From IMG/VR virus record IMGVR_UViG_3300031454_000004, positions 1 through 57,960 of that record: a stretch of DNA of 57,960 nucleotides; one strand, written 5' to 3'. Numbering within the stretch: position 1 is the stretch's first letter; every line of letters starts with the position of its first letter. The notes under the pieces are model-generated. The model did no database searches and was not told where the DNA came from. It worked only from the letters and a program-made list of their open reading frames with translations. The DNA comes from a virus. Its lineage: Duplodnaviria > Caudoviricetes. Shown here piece after piece: positions 46,357 to 56,445 of this stretch. Position numbers and translations under genes: made by a program.

Positions 46357-46704
46357 ATGAAATACGAAAAAAAACTATGGGATTACAATGCAGAAGTTAA
46401 CCGCGTAATTGATGGCGACTCGGTAGAGTTGATTATTGATGAAGGCTTCAGGCACTCGTGGCGGGTAAGCTGCAGGATGAAACATATTAATGCGGACGAA
46501 CTTAGAAGCACCGATCCGCTTACCAGAGCAATGGCACAAAAGGCACGGGATTATTTAATTAAGCGGCTGCCTAAAGGCACGAGTGTTTATATTATCAGCC
46601 GCAACCTGGATAAATACGGCCGGCCCGAAATTGATTTGTTTTTGAACGATACAAATATTAACCAGGAAATGCTGGACAAGGGTTTGGCGGTTCCGTTTAT
46701 GTAA
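46357..46704 (+). CDS. Thermonuclease (SNase-like) family protein
   Basis: RVIDGDS, R...INADE, DKYGR, INQEMLDKGLA. Confidence 0.9.
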   Translation: MKYEKKLWDYNAEVNRVIDGDSVELIIDEGFRHSWRVSCRMKHINADELRSTDPLTRAMAQKARDYLIKRLPKGTSVYIISRNLDKYGRPEIDLFLNDTNINQEMLDKGLAVPFM

Positions 46705-46791
46705 AGAATTCAGAATTAAGAATTAAGAATTATGAATTCATAATTTATAATTCTTAATTGATTGATCATTCATAATTCATAATTAACTTAA

Positions 46792-47442
46792 GTGCAAATA
46801 ATTCATAACTGGCTTAATGGCAAACAAAATTTTATAGTAGGCACTTCGCTATACAAAGCTTTTGGTAAGGATGAAAAACTGAAGCATCTGTTTGCCCAAG
46901 GCGAAAGCGGTATTGCAAAAAAGTTGCTTGCCGAAGAATTAAAAAAGTTAATTGAACCCGGTAAGCCGGTTATTACCATTGCGCCCAAACCTGTTGTTAG
47001 AGAAACAGATGTAATGCCGGAGGGTAATACACCTGTATTGGAAGCTTTAAAAAACGAATGGCAGCACCCCTACCAGCGCATGAATTTACTGCGCCACCAG
47101 CTTGATAAATACGGCAACAAAAACACCAAAGATGCTATTGCTTACCGCAAACCCATTGCCCGCGAAATAAAAGAGCTCGAGCAGCAATGCATGGCTATAT
47201 GGGCTAAACGGGATTATTATGAGAAGGAGGGTAAGCTGCCGTTTGTGGCTGAAACAAAAATGGTTATCCCCACAGATCCTATAGAATTAGCAGAGCTGAT
47301 AAGCAACCTTAAAAAGAACATAAGGCGCAACCGCAAGCTGATGGCAGACAACGCTGATAAGCCCCAGTATGCCCAGTTTTATGTTGAATATAAAAACCAG
47401 TATAAGCAGCTAACGGGGAGGGATTATGCGGAGAAGAATTGA
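46792..47442 (+). CDS. Phage hypothetical protein
   Basis: 216 aa helical ORF in the packaging operon. Confidence 0.6.
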   Translation: MQIIHNWLNGKQNFIVGTSLYKAFGKDEKLKHLFAQGESGIAKKLLAEELKKLIEPGKPVITIAPKPVVRETDVMPEGNTPVLEALKNEWQHPYQRMNLLRHQLDKYGNKNTKDAIAYRKPIAREIKELEQQCMAIWAKRDYYEKEGKLPFVAETKMVIPTDPIELAELISNLKKNIRRNRKLMADNADKPQYAQFYVEYKNQYKQLTGRDYAEKN

Positions 47443-47998
47443 TTTTAAAAGATACGATAAGCCGGTTATAGAAAGTGTTGGCGGTGGTGTGATAACCGGT
47501 GATTTGATGGAAGCCATGTGTAAAACGATGGAACTGAAAGAAGTTATTGATTATGTAAAAAAGAAGTTTACAGTATTTTGGGTGAGCAATGGTAACTGGA
47601 GCATGCATCAATTGTTGATGGCGCTGCTTGATATTGCAGGCCCTGCAGTTGTTTATATAAGCACTTATGCACTTAGCGAAACCCCTGCACGCTACCTGGT
47701 GCAATTGAAAGAAGCCGGTATTATTACAGAACTGTATTGCGTTATAGATAACCGGGTTGATACAAGAACGGCGGCAACACTGCAGGTAATAAAGGCAATA
47801 GCAAAACAATTTTCGTTGATTGATACACATGCAAAAGTAACGGTGATTACCAATGATGATTGGAAGATAACCGTAATTGGCAGCGCTAATTATACAGAGA
47901 ATAAAAGATATGAAGCAGATGTTATAAGTTGTGCGGATAATGCCGCAGAACTGCAATTGAAATGGATAAAAAAAGCTTTGGCAGATGGAGTTAAGTAA
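47426..47998 (+). CDS. Phospholipase D-like (HKD-type) nuclease domain protein
   Basis: HAKVTVI...GSANYT.N.RYE. Confidence 0.7.
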   Translation: MRRRIDFKRYDKPVIESVGGGVITGDLMEAMCKTMELKEVIDYVKKKFTVFWVSNGNWSMHQLLMALLDIAGPAVVYISTYALSETPARYLVQLKEAGIITELYCVIDNRVDTRTAATLQVIKAIAKQFSLIDTHAKVTVITNDDWKITVIGSANYTENKRYEADVISCADNAAELQLKWIKKALADGVK

Positions 47999-48290
47999 CG
48001 ATCAGTTGCAGGAGGTGGAGCGGCTTTCGGCAGCAGCTTACACACCACGGGAAGTTGCATTTATATTAGGCATAAAACCCGCTGAATTTATAGCACAGGT
48101 TAAAGATGAAGACAGCGAGGCAGCCATTGCATACTTTAAAGGATTATACAGCAGTGAGCTTAACGTAAGAGAAAGTATTTTATTGCTTGCCAGAAATGGA
48201 AGCAGCCCGGCACAAACAATGGCAAATAAATTATTTGATGAAAACAGAAGACAGCTTATTAAAGGTGGGTTTTCAAGCCCCGACGAGTAA
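47985..48290 (+). CDS. HTH protein, terminase small subunit candidate
   Basis: YTPREVAFILG; A..GSSPAQ; upstream of the large terminase. Confidence 0.5.
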   Translation: MELSNDQLQEVERLSAAAYTPREVAFILGIKPAEFIAQVKDEDSEAAIAYFKGLYSSELNVRESILLLARNGSSPAQTMANKLFDENRRQLIKGGFSSPDE

Positions 48291-48849
48291 TAACGGCGAC
48301 AGCAACCGCGAAGTAATTCTTCGTTACCTGGAAGCCGGCGGCGTAGGATTTGAACTTACTAAAAAGCAACAGGAATTATTGGACCGGTGGACGTGGTGCG
48401 ATGAAAAGATGCGTGAGAACGTAGGCAGGCTAAAGCGGGAAGAAATTGCCAAACTAATGATGCAGCGTTTTAACATTGCCCGCTGTACCGCTTTTCAGGA
48501 CATTGTAAATACCGAATATGTTTTTAGCACTTCTACGCCGCTGAGTAAGAAATACCGGATGCAACTTAGAATAGAATTTCTTGAAAAAGAAATAAGACTG
48601 GCTTCGCTGGATAATGATCGTACTGCCGTGGCAATGCTGGAAAAGGTTCTTCAAAAATATTACCTGGAATATCCAGATGTTGTACCTACTCAAAGCCCTA
48701 CTACATGGATATTTAATGTAGATGCAAGAACCATTAATGAAAATCCGGTCTCGATAGAAGAAGCCGAAGCTTACATTGATAAAGCTGAAAACGAATTTGA
48801 GGAACTGGAAATATTTAACGAGGAGGAGGAGCAGGACAATGAGCAGTAA
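48238..48849 (+). CDS. Hypothetical packaging-associated protein
   Basis: HTH-like FNIARCTAFQD and an acidic tail; overlaps the large terminase start. Confidence 0.5.
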   Translation: MKTEDSLLKVGFQAPTSNNGDSNREVILRYLEAGGVGFELTKKQQELLDRWTWCDEKMRENVGRLKREEIAKLMMQRFNIARCTAFQDIVNTEYVFSTSTPLSKKYRMQLRIEFLEKEIRLASLDNDRTAVAMLEKVLQKYYLEYPDVVPTQSPTTWIFNVDARTINENPVSIEEAEAYIDKAENEFEELEIFNEEEEQDNEQ

Positions 48850-50410
48850 AACACTTGCCTTTAACCGTAGCCAGGCAATTATACACCTGGTTAATGCGAA
48901 TGTTACCCATAACCTTTGGCCGCGTGGTAACGGTAAAACAGAAGGCGGCGCCGGCCCGCGAATACAGCACTTAAGCAATGTAATGCCCCGAAGCCAGATC
49001 ATCTTTTACAGCGATAAGTACGAGCGGATAGAAGGTGCACTGATACCTAACGTAATGGGCTTTTTAAAAAATGAGATGGCATTAGTGGAAGATGAGGATT
49101 ATGTTGTATTTAAAAAGCCGCCCGATAATTGGGTGAAGCCTTATAATGTGCCGCGTAAGTTTGACAGGGTTGTTAGTTTTAAAACAGGTATGGCACTTTG
49201 TTGTGCAGCATCTTCGGTAGATGGTTCGGCAAATGGTTTTAACGGGCAGGCAGCTATAATTGATGAAACAAAATTTGTTTCGGAGCACCGGATAAAAAGC
49301 CAGCTTTATAAAGCTTTGAGAGGACAGTTTAAACGCTTCGGCCACTTAGCTGAATATAGAAGTGTATGGAGTTTCAGCGATAAATTTGAAGGCGATGTTA
49401 GCTGGATTTTGAAGATCAGGAATAAGCAGAATAACGAACTTGTCGCCAGTGTGCTTACGATGGCTCTTGAAGTGAACAGGTTAAAAATTGAAAATACAAA
49501 ACCTGATATAAATGAAACTGCCTGGTATAAGAACAAGAAGCGAATAACTGAATTGGAAATAAAGCTTACCAATACCCGCAAAAGGTTGGTTTTTGTTTGT
49601 GATGCCCGGCCTTTTGAGAACATTGAAATATTAGGTAAAAAGTTTTACAGCGATGCCAAGCGTGACTGCAAAACGAGGTATGAGTATGACATAGCTATTT
49701 TAAATAAAGACCCCGACCAGGTTGAGCATACCTTTTATCCTGCACGAAATGCTAATAAGCATAATCATAAACTTATAAACGATACAAATGAGCATCAGCC
49801 GTTATGTGTTGCAATGGATTATCAATGGCGTATTACTCCAATGGTTGTAGGCCAGTGGGGTTTGCTGCCCGCAAGAACGGAGGAAACGTTTAATATTGTT
49901 AATGGCATACATACATTGCATCCCGATGGTGGTATAGAGAAAACGGTAAAAGCATTTTGCGAATATTATAAAACAAGAATGGATAGAACGGTTTACTATT
50001 TGTACGATCATACTGCAGTAGGTAAACGTCCTGATGGGGCATGCTTTAAGGATATTGCTACTAATACGTGGATTAGCGAAGGTTGGACTGTTATTGAATG
50101 CTATATGGGCCCCGCACCAGAGCATCACCTGAAACATGAAGATATAAAGATGATGATGCAGGAAGATAGAATCATGTTTAACGAACTTAAAACTTCTGAT
50201 AACTTATTAGAAAGCATGAAGAATGCTGCTGCTAAAACTGTTAATGGTAAAACCAGAAAAGATAAAGGTGGGGAAAAGAACTTAAGCAAAGACCCTGTTA
50301 CTCAAACTGATTACAGCGATGCGTTTGACATGTTAGTATGGGGTGTTGTTAAAATGAGATTAGTTGAACCATACCAATCCAATTATGTGAGTGATATAAT
50401 ATATAGATAA
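48839..50410 (+). CDS. terL: Terminase large subunit
   Basis: Walker A PRGNGKT, Walker B AIIDE; RNase H-like AMDY, YDHT, TDYSDAFD. Confidence 0.85.
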   Translation: MSSKTLAFNRSQAIIHLVNANVTHNLWPRGNGKTEGGAGPRIQHLSNVMPRSQIIFYSDKYERIEGALIPNVMGFLKNEMALVEDEDYVVFKKPPDNWVKPYNVPRKFDRVVSFKTGMALCCAASSVDGSANGFNGQAAIIDETKFVSEHRIKSQLYKALRGQFKRFGHLAEYRSVWSFSDKFEGDVSWILKIRNKQNNELVASVLTMALEVNRLKIENTKPDINETAWYKNKKRITELEIKLTNTRKRLVFVCDARPFENIEILGKKFYSDAKRDCKTRYEYDIAILNKDPDQVEHTFYPARNANKHNHKLINDTNEHQPLCVAMDYQWRITPMVVGQWGLLPARTEETFNIVNGIHTLHPDGGIEKTVKAFCEYYKTRMDRTVYYLYDHTAVGKRPDGACFKDIATNTWISEGWTVIECYMGPAPEHHLKHEDIKMMMQEDRIMFNELKTSDNLLESMKNAAAKTVNGKTRKDKGGEKNLSKDPVTQTDYSDAFDMLVWGVVKMRLVEPYQSNYVSDIIYR

Positions 50411-51283
50411 AGGGGCGTTGCGTTCCGCCCGGGCTTTGCGCTCCTATCTCTTCGAGGATATACACTTCAATCCCTAACGCACAAATACCGGCTCACACTT
50501 CATTCTCTCATTACGTCCATGCTACCGCTTAGGACTTCCATTCATCATTTCGGTTCGCCCCTATTTGTATTGCAAATACATTCAGTCCTGTACCCAGAAA
50601 TGGGCAACAGGCCAGCCCTTATGTATGCACATAAGGGGGATGCGGACAAACCCTAATAGGGTTTATAAATACAAATGTGTCCGCCAGACAAGTGTGTCCG
50701 CCAGAAATAAATAAACTATGAGCGATAATACCTGAAGAAAGCTTTTCATATACCTAAATTTTAGCAGGAGGAGGACAACTATCGGACAGGTCATGCCTGG
50801 TGCGTAGCAAGCCATTCAGACAATTTTTTGAGGAAATTGCTCTGAAAGCGTTGGTATTGCTGCATTTGCGAGAAAAAAAACCATACTAAAATTTTAAGCT
50901 AAAAAAAATTGTTGTAATGTGGATAAAAACGATGAAAAAAAGTAAAAATAGAGGGCTATAAACTTGCATAATCAAATGATTATCAGTAAAATAGAGTATT
51001 TTTTAATAAAAACACCGGCAACCACCGGAATAGAAACTGGTCAAAAGTATGAGTAACAAAAACGGCACAGCCAAAAATCAATCACAGGCAGTTGTTGAAA
51101 ACAAAGAAGAAACAACAACAAACGTTCTGTCATACCTTTGGCATGCCCGCATCTTGTTTTATTGTTTAATTCTGTAAAAGCCCTGTCCGGGTTATAACCG
51201 GATGGGGTTGAGGTAATTCCGGCTCACGGGCTATGGAATTCATTTCAGTAAAATGAGATGTGGGCGCCTCAACCTCTTTTTTT

Positions 51284-51550
51284 ATGCCCGATACCAACCA
51301 GCCCGAAAAGTTGCCTGCTCCCCCCAACGCCGCAATGCTCGCCTTAGAATTTATAGTTTCAAAATATGCTCCCGCAACCATCCTGGATGCAGATACCTTC
51401 TTCACCACTCCCGAAATAAGCCAGGCCATTGCCCAACACACCGGTACCACCTTAAGCGCTGCCGAAATTTACGAGATGATGATCAACATGCAATACACCT
51501 ACGAAGCACTTAACGGGCTTGAATTGAACTGGTTGCTGAAAAAGGAATAG
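51284..51550 (+). CDS. Phage hypothetical protein
   Basis: FFTT.EI...I......W.LK pattern. Confidence 0.55.
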   Translation: MPDTNQPEKLPAPPNAAMLALEFIVSKYAPATILDADTFFTTPEISQAIAQHTGTTLSAAEIYEMMINMQYTYEALNGLELNWLLKKE

Positions 51551-51814
51551 CTATTATCCGTTGCCAATTAAAATGCCTTATTTTTGACCGGATGAGAAGA
51601 AATACTTCCATAACTCTAACCCAAGCGTTGCTATCGCTACTAATGCTGCAATTATCGCTATTATCCTTGTGCTTTTTCTTTCAAAAGGCTGCTGTTTCAG
51701 CTCATTTACTTCTAATCTCAGTTTCTTTAATTCAAGCTCCCAACGTTCTAATTCTTCTTCTTTATTTATTTCAATCTTTTTCTGATAACGAATAATCATT
51801 ACCAATTTAAAATC

Positions 51815-52366
51815 ATGTCTCCACAAAAATTTAAAATCGAAGTGTCAGACTGGACTAAGATAAATGTTGACAATGCTAAGTTTATTTTAGAAGAAGCAAA
51901 AACATATGTCAAATATTTGTCCGACACAAGTGACAAAATAACTAACCGGGCATTTGCCATTCTCGCTATACTTATTCCTTTAACCTCTGCTTTAATCGTT
52001 TTTTCTGTCAATGAAAGATTTAAACCTGTTATTGGCGAAAAAGTCATTTTCTATTTAATGTTTTTCGTCATAATAGGGTTGATTGCTGTTATGTTTGGGT
52101 TAAGCACAATAGTTTTCCCGCGAATGTTTATGCCTTTAGGTCGAGAGCCAAAACAAATTTGTACAGCGGAATTTTTATCTGTCAATTTTGATATTGATTT
52201 AGCCAAACTTTCAATGATATTGAATGAAATTGAAAACTGTCAATCTAAAGTTGATTATAACAAATCTCAAAATAGCCGCAGAACTAAACAACTTAAAATT
52301 GCAATGCTCTCCCTCGGATTAATCTTTGTTATTGCTACAAGTATAATTATTTGCTACCTGTTTTAA
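51815..52366 (+). CDS. AT-rich three-TM protein
   Basis: Two TM segments, a loop and a C-terminal TM. Confidence 0.6.
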   Translation: MSPQKFKIEVSDWTKINVDNAKFILEEAKTYVKYLSDTSDKITNRAFAILAILIPLTSALIVFSVNERFKPVIGEKVIFYLMFFVIIGLIAVMFGLSTIVFPRMFMPLGREPKQICTAEFLSVNFDIDLAKLSMILNEIENCQSKVDYNKSQNSRRTKQLKIAMLSLGLIFVIATSIIICYLF

Positions 52367-52472
52367 TAATAATAGGATGCTCCGTTATAGAAGGTTCCGG
52401 TTGCGTTGTCGGCGTTGTTGGTCGTTCTATTGGTTTTGGGTCGTCCATTTTAAAATTTTTATTGTGCCTAAA

Positions 52473-52748
52473 TCATTTTATTGAGCAGGTGGTTGTTGTG
52501 GTCAGAACGTAACTGTTTCCTGTGGTTTGGCTTGTATTCTCCTTCTCGTATGTTTTTATATCATCCCCGGTTTTATCGCAAATCGTTGTTTTCGTTGAGG
52601 TAGTAATAGTATTAAGCGCCGGATATTGTTGATTTACTCTTTTGGTAACGCACTCCCAACAATATTTAGTCTCTTCCTTTTTGCAAGAAGAAACTCCAAA
52701 TGTGACTGTACAAAAAAGCAATGTTGTTAGTAATAATAATCGTTTCAT
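52473..52748 (-). CDS. Lipoprotein
   Basis: MKRLLLLTTLLFCTVTFGVSS-CKKEE lipobox; additional cysteines. Confidence 0.75.
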   Translation of the reverse strand: MKRLLLLTTLLFCTVTFGVSSCKKEETKYCWECVTKRVNQQYPALNTITTSTKTTICDKTGDDIKTYEKENTSQTTGNSYVLTTTTTCSIK

Positions 52749-52796
52749 AAGCATAGTTTAAATGAATGTAAAAATTAATTGTAGATATCTTCTCGC

Positions 52797-53240
52797 TTAA
52801 ATACCGGAACGTATCATGGCAACTTCTATAATCTTCTTTGCGGTATCTTCTGAAATTGTTGCAGCAGTTGCCAGGTACTCTAATAGTTTTTCCTCCTCCT
52901 CGGTAACAACACCATCCGCAAAAACTAACTCGGCACAAAAGCAGAATAACTGAGGCTTGAATTTTTGGTTAATCATCTTCATGCTGGCTTCCATCATGCT
53001 TTTTGCTCCATACTTTTCTATACTTAACTCCGCTTTTATAAACAAATCTGTTACCTCCATGTCTGCATAGAGGCCTGTTTGCACGAGGATAGCACTAAGT
53101 CTTGATATTTCTTCGTCTCCAAAATCCCCATCCGCCTTCGCAAGCGGATATAAAATCGAAATGTAAGCCTCCTGTATGGTTTGCGGTTTAAATTCAATTA
53201 CTGTTGGCGTACTTTTTAAAATGCTTGAAAATAGTCCCAT
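52797..53240 (-). CDS. TerB-like (tellurite resistance family) protein
   Basis: ADGDFGDEE and ADGVVTEEE repeats. Confidence 0.85.
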   Translation of the reverse strand: MGLFSSILKSTPTVIEFKPQTIQEAYISILYPLAKADGDFGDEEISRLSAILVQTGLYADMEVTDLFIKAELSIEKYGAKSMMEASMKMINQKFKPQLFCFCAELVFADGVVTEEEEKLLEYLATAATISEDTAKKIIEVAMIRSGI

Positions 53241-53293
53241 ATTGTTATTTTTAATTGTTGCTGTTTTATTTTTTCACGGCATCCATCGCAATA

Positions 53294-53908
53294 TTATTTG
53301 CCCGCTTTATTAATATTCTTTAAAAGCATCGTCAGCTCTTTTGTAAGTGCCTGTAAGGCATTGTTACTTTTCTCTAGTCTACTGTTGGTCTGCTCCAATA
53401 ATTTGATGTATTTATCCCTGTCGTTAGCAGTAGCGTAAGGTGGTTTTTCGTCCTCCTTAAGATTTTGCTCCTGTAAAGACGAGTCGAATTCTATATACCC
53501 AATATCAAAAGCCGAAGAAAATGCATCCCAAAGGTTGTCTGAAACATGCAGGTCTCCATCTAAACATTTTCTAATAAATTCTCTGTCAAAGCCTGTTCTT
53601 CGCGCAATATCCTCTGTAGCCGCTCCAATCCGCTTAATCTCACTTATAAAGGTTTCATCCCTCTTTTTCAACTCATCTTCCTCAAGCGCAGAGTTTTCAA
53701 CTGATTCTTCCTTGGTTAAATCTTCCAACTCTGCTTTAAAGGCTAACATCAATTGTTTTATTACTGCTTGGTGACCTTCTTTCTTGGATATCGCCTGGGT
53801 TAACGAATCCTCCTCATACCCTGCCTCGACGGATAGCTGTTTCTGAGTCTTCCCAGTTATGTCTTTTAGCCTTTCTACTAATCGTTTAAGATCATCCTTA
53901 GAATTCAT
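53294..53908 (-). CDS. Putative prophage repressor with two XRE-like HTH segments
   Basis: KTQKQLSVEAGY and ATEDIARRTGF; divergent from the early operon. Confidence 0.65.
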   Translation of the reverse strand: MNSKDDLKRLVERLKDITGKTQKQLSVEAGYEEDSLTQAISKKEGHQAVIKQLMLAFKAELEDLTKEESVENSALEEDELKKRDETFISEIKRIGAATEDIARRTGFDREFIRKCLDGDLHVSDNLWDAFSSAFDIGYIEFDSSLQEQNLKEDEKPPYATANDRDKYIKLLEQTNSRLEKSNNALQALTKELTMLLKNINKAGK

Positions 53909-54038
53909 CTAATAGAATAGTTAATACGTTGAATGTTCACTAAAGTTTATAAAATCAACCTATTTAATTTGAAAGGTTGGAATTTTCAACCTAAGTTTGT
54001 TTTACAATTCCAATCACACAAACAAAACTCTAACAATC

Positions 54039-54437
54039 ATGGACGACAATTATCAGCTTCATCTTAAAGAGCTTACCAACAGCCTGGACCCTCAAGTTAA
54101 AAACGACGCCATAAATTTCTGCCGCCTTGTGGTTGCCGCCGATCTGCTCGGTAATCTTCGGGGGTGCATTTCTCGTCCGCTGAATGGTGCAGACGATGTT
54201 GCGGAAGAAATCCATAAGTGCGCATCCTTCATTGCCAACCAGCTATTCAATAACCTTCAAAACATTTCCTTTCCATCTAACGCAGACGTTAACCATCCTT
54301 CCGCTTCAACAGCATCGAATGGTGAACCGTTATCTGAGGCTTCTCTAAAGGATTTGATAAAGCTATTACAGACACAAATTCACTCTCCTGTTCACTTAAC
54401 ACTCCATCCTTCACAAAACCAACAACTACAACTTTAG
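54039..54437 (+). CDS. Hypothetical early protein
   Basis: ATG after an A-rich leader and a TAAGTTTG box at 53992-53999. Confidence 0.45.
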   Translation: MDDNYQLHLKELTNSLDPQVKNDAINFCRLVVAADLLGNLRGCISRPLNGADDVAEEIHKCASFIANQLFNNLQNISFPSNADVNHPSASTASNGEPLSEASLKDLIKLLQTQIHSPVHLTLHPSQNQQLQL

Positions 54438-54529
54438 TATTAAAAGAAACCGGAAGATTATTTCCATTTCTTACTAGTTCCACCTGGTCTCCAATTCGGT
54501 AGTCAAGCTTTTCCATAAAATAACAATAA

Positions 54530-54790
54530 ATGTTAAACAAATATAGTAAAACAATTACAGTAAACGATTTAAAGGCCGCCCTAAAAGCTCGCTTCAATGC
54601 AGTTGGCAATAAGTTAACCAACCACGACCGTATGCAGATAGCTATAAACCTGAAAATTGACCTGGTAACGGTAAAAAGATATATGGATGGCAAGGCAGAA
54701 GACATGCGCAGGTTAGAGCTTGCAGAACAAATTGCGGAAGAAGCCGAAAAAATTGCCATGGCAAAAAAAGAAGACGTTCCCATGCAGTAA
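54530..54790 (+). CDS. Cro-like HTH protein
   Basis: DRMQIAINLKIDLVTVKRYMDG. Confidence 0.6.
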   Translation: MLNKYSKTITVNDLKAALKARFNAVGNKLTNHDRMQIAINLKIDLVTVKRYMDGKAEDMRRLELAEQIAEEAEKIAMAKKEDVPMQ

Positions 54791-54859
54791 ACATCCAATA
54801 TCCCCTGTTAAAGCCACCGGAATAAAATCAAAACAAAATCACAACAAAACCACCAGACG

Positions 54860-55306
54860 ATGAGCACCCTTTTAAAAGTAATGTGCGTTCGAGGCTACAA
54901 AAAACAGATTACGTTACCAACGCAAAACTGGTTTAAGCAAACAGAAAACGCCGCAGTAATAACCTACTTCATCTCAAACAAAATGAGGTTCATCACCTTC
55001 AACTCCCGCGAGGATTTTGCCGAATTCCTGCTCGAAAACGGCTACATCGCATCTTACGAAGGCAGCGGCAAAAACGTAAAGATGTATGAGAAGAAAATAT
55101 TTGCCGTAGCAGTAAAAGGCGTACCGGTAAATTGGGAGAGTACAACATTACTGGAGTGGGATAACATAAAACTATATCCAACCGATATAATACACTTCGC
55201 CTCGGTGCGCGAATACGAAATACAAGGAACCTTACTCGGGCTTATTGCACCACGCACCAAAGCCAAGATCCGCAGCATCAACACCGAAATTTCAAACGCA
55301 GCATAA
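54860..55306 (+). CDS. Hypothetical early protein
   Basis: ORF in the operon. Confidence 0.55.
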   Translation: MSTLLKVMCVRGYKKQITLPTQNWFKQTENAAVITYFISNKMRFITFNSREDFAEFLLENGYIASYEGSGKNVKMYEKKIFAVAVKGVPVNWESTTLLEWDNIKLYPTDIIHFASVREYEIQGTLLGLIAPRTKAKIRSINTEISNAA

Positions 55307-55322
55307 CTCATAACCTGCCAAC

Positions 55323-55898
55323 ATGGAAAGTTCTATTCAGCTTTTTAAATACGACCACCAGCAAATCGAGTTCGATCTGATGGGTGATGAAATTTTGGTT
55401 AATGCTACCGAAATGGCAACAATATTTAAAAAGAAAATCAACGACTTTTTAAGGCTGAAAGAGACTAAAACATTCATAAAAGAACTTGAAAAAAGGCAGG
55501 TTCAAGACGGGAATTCCCGTCTTGAACGCAACTCTCAAGAGGACAATAATCCCCTTGAAAGCAAAAAGCTAAAACTGGTTTCAGTAGTTCACGGCGGCAG
55601 AAATAACGGTACATGGATGCATAGAAAGCTTGCTTTAAAGTTCGCCGCCTGGTTACATCCGGCCTTCGAAGTGTGGGTGTATAGTGTTATTGATAATTTA
55701 CTCTACAGTGCCTATAAAGAAATGCAGTTAAGCATAAAAGAAAGTGCTGAGCGACGAAGTCGGATGGATGAGATTAGGCAGCAGTTACGGGTACAGGACA
55801 CTTTTAGAGAGCTCGAACGCCTGGACCTTGAAGAACGCCAGGCAAGCTACCGCAGAGGAAAAGAAATAAAAAAACAACTCGACCTGTTTAAAGCATAA
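55323..55898 (+). CDS. KilA-N domain protein
   Basis: VNATEMA..F.K...DFLRL..T, GTWMHRKLALKFAAWL.P.FEVWV. Confidence 0.92.
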   Translation: MESSIQLFKYDHQQIEFDLMGDEILVNATEMATIFKKKINDFLRLKETKTFIKELEKRQVQDGNSRLERNSQEDNNPLESKKLKLVSVVHGGRNNGTWMHRKLALKFAAWLHPAFEVWVYSVIDNLLYSAYKEMQLSIKESAERRSRMDEIRQQLRVQDTFRELERLDLEERQASYRRGKEIKKQLDLFKA

Positions 55899-55909
55899 TT
55901 CATAACTAT

Positions 55910-56299
55910 ATGCAGCAACTATTCCTCCTTCACAACTACAACGGCAAGCTTTTCAACGATCATTTTGCCATTGTTCAGCATCATGATAGCGACCTGTTTT
56001 TTGTTGGTAACGAGTTTGAGTTGTTGCTTAAATCAACACCAATAGGCATAGTTACCGTTGAGGCGGTAATAACGCTCAGTTTTAAGCAGATAACCCATGT
56101 GCTGGCCTACCTGGAGTGTGGCAGGCCGAAGCACTACCTCGAAGAAATACTTCGCCGTCAAAAAACAGAAATAACAACGCCTAAAACAAAGATTGACCAT
56201 GCCGTGGTTAGTTATGCACAGCGATACTACGAGGCACACACATCACTACTAACCGAGTGGTGGACGGAGCATTTGGAAACATCATATACCGAACGTTAA
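55910..56299 (+). CDS. Hypothetical early protein
   Basis: NYNGKL...F motif. Confidence 0.55.
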   Translation: MQQLFLLHNYNGKLFNDHFAIVQHHDSDLFFVGNEFELLLKSTPIGIVTVEAVITLSFKQITHVLAYLECGRPKHYLEEILRRQKTEITTPKTKIDHAVVSYAQRYYEAHTSLLTEWWTEHLETSYTER

Positions 56300-56445
56300 A
56301 AGTAGTGCTGATGTATGGGTATTTGAAAAACTACAGCCCCAATTAAAAAAGAACTAAGGAAAGTGAAGAAAAACGGAGAATTCAAGAAGCGTAATATAGA
56401 GCAAAAGAACCCGCTTAATAAAGTACAAAATAAAAATTTCAGTTT

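Larger units (their letters stand above)
4013..46790. repeat. Dispersed intergenic heptamer arrays (ATGAATT)n / (AATTCAT)n
   Basis: Arrays near 4013, 20285, 22391, 23006, 30925, 32709, 32870, 33150, 36467, 38217, 39219, 41819, 43066, 45286, 45833 and 46705. Confidence 0.9.

Noticed and set aside
20285-46790. Heptamer arrays as a CRISPR array
   Set aside because: The units are 7-bp tandem repeats without unique spacers of constant length, and no cas genes are present.
558-50137. Numerous minus-strand ORFs of 60-215 aa within long plus-strand genes
   Set aside because: They are shadow frames with no recognisable motifs, opposite well-supported genes.
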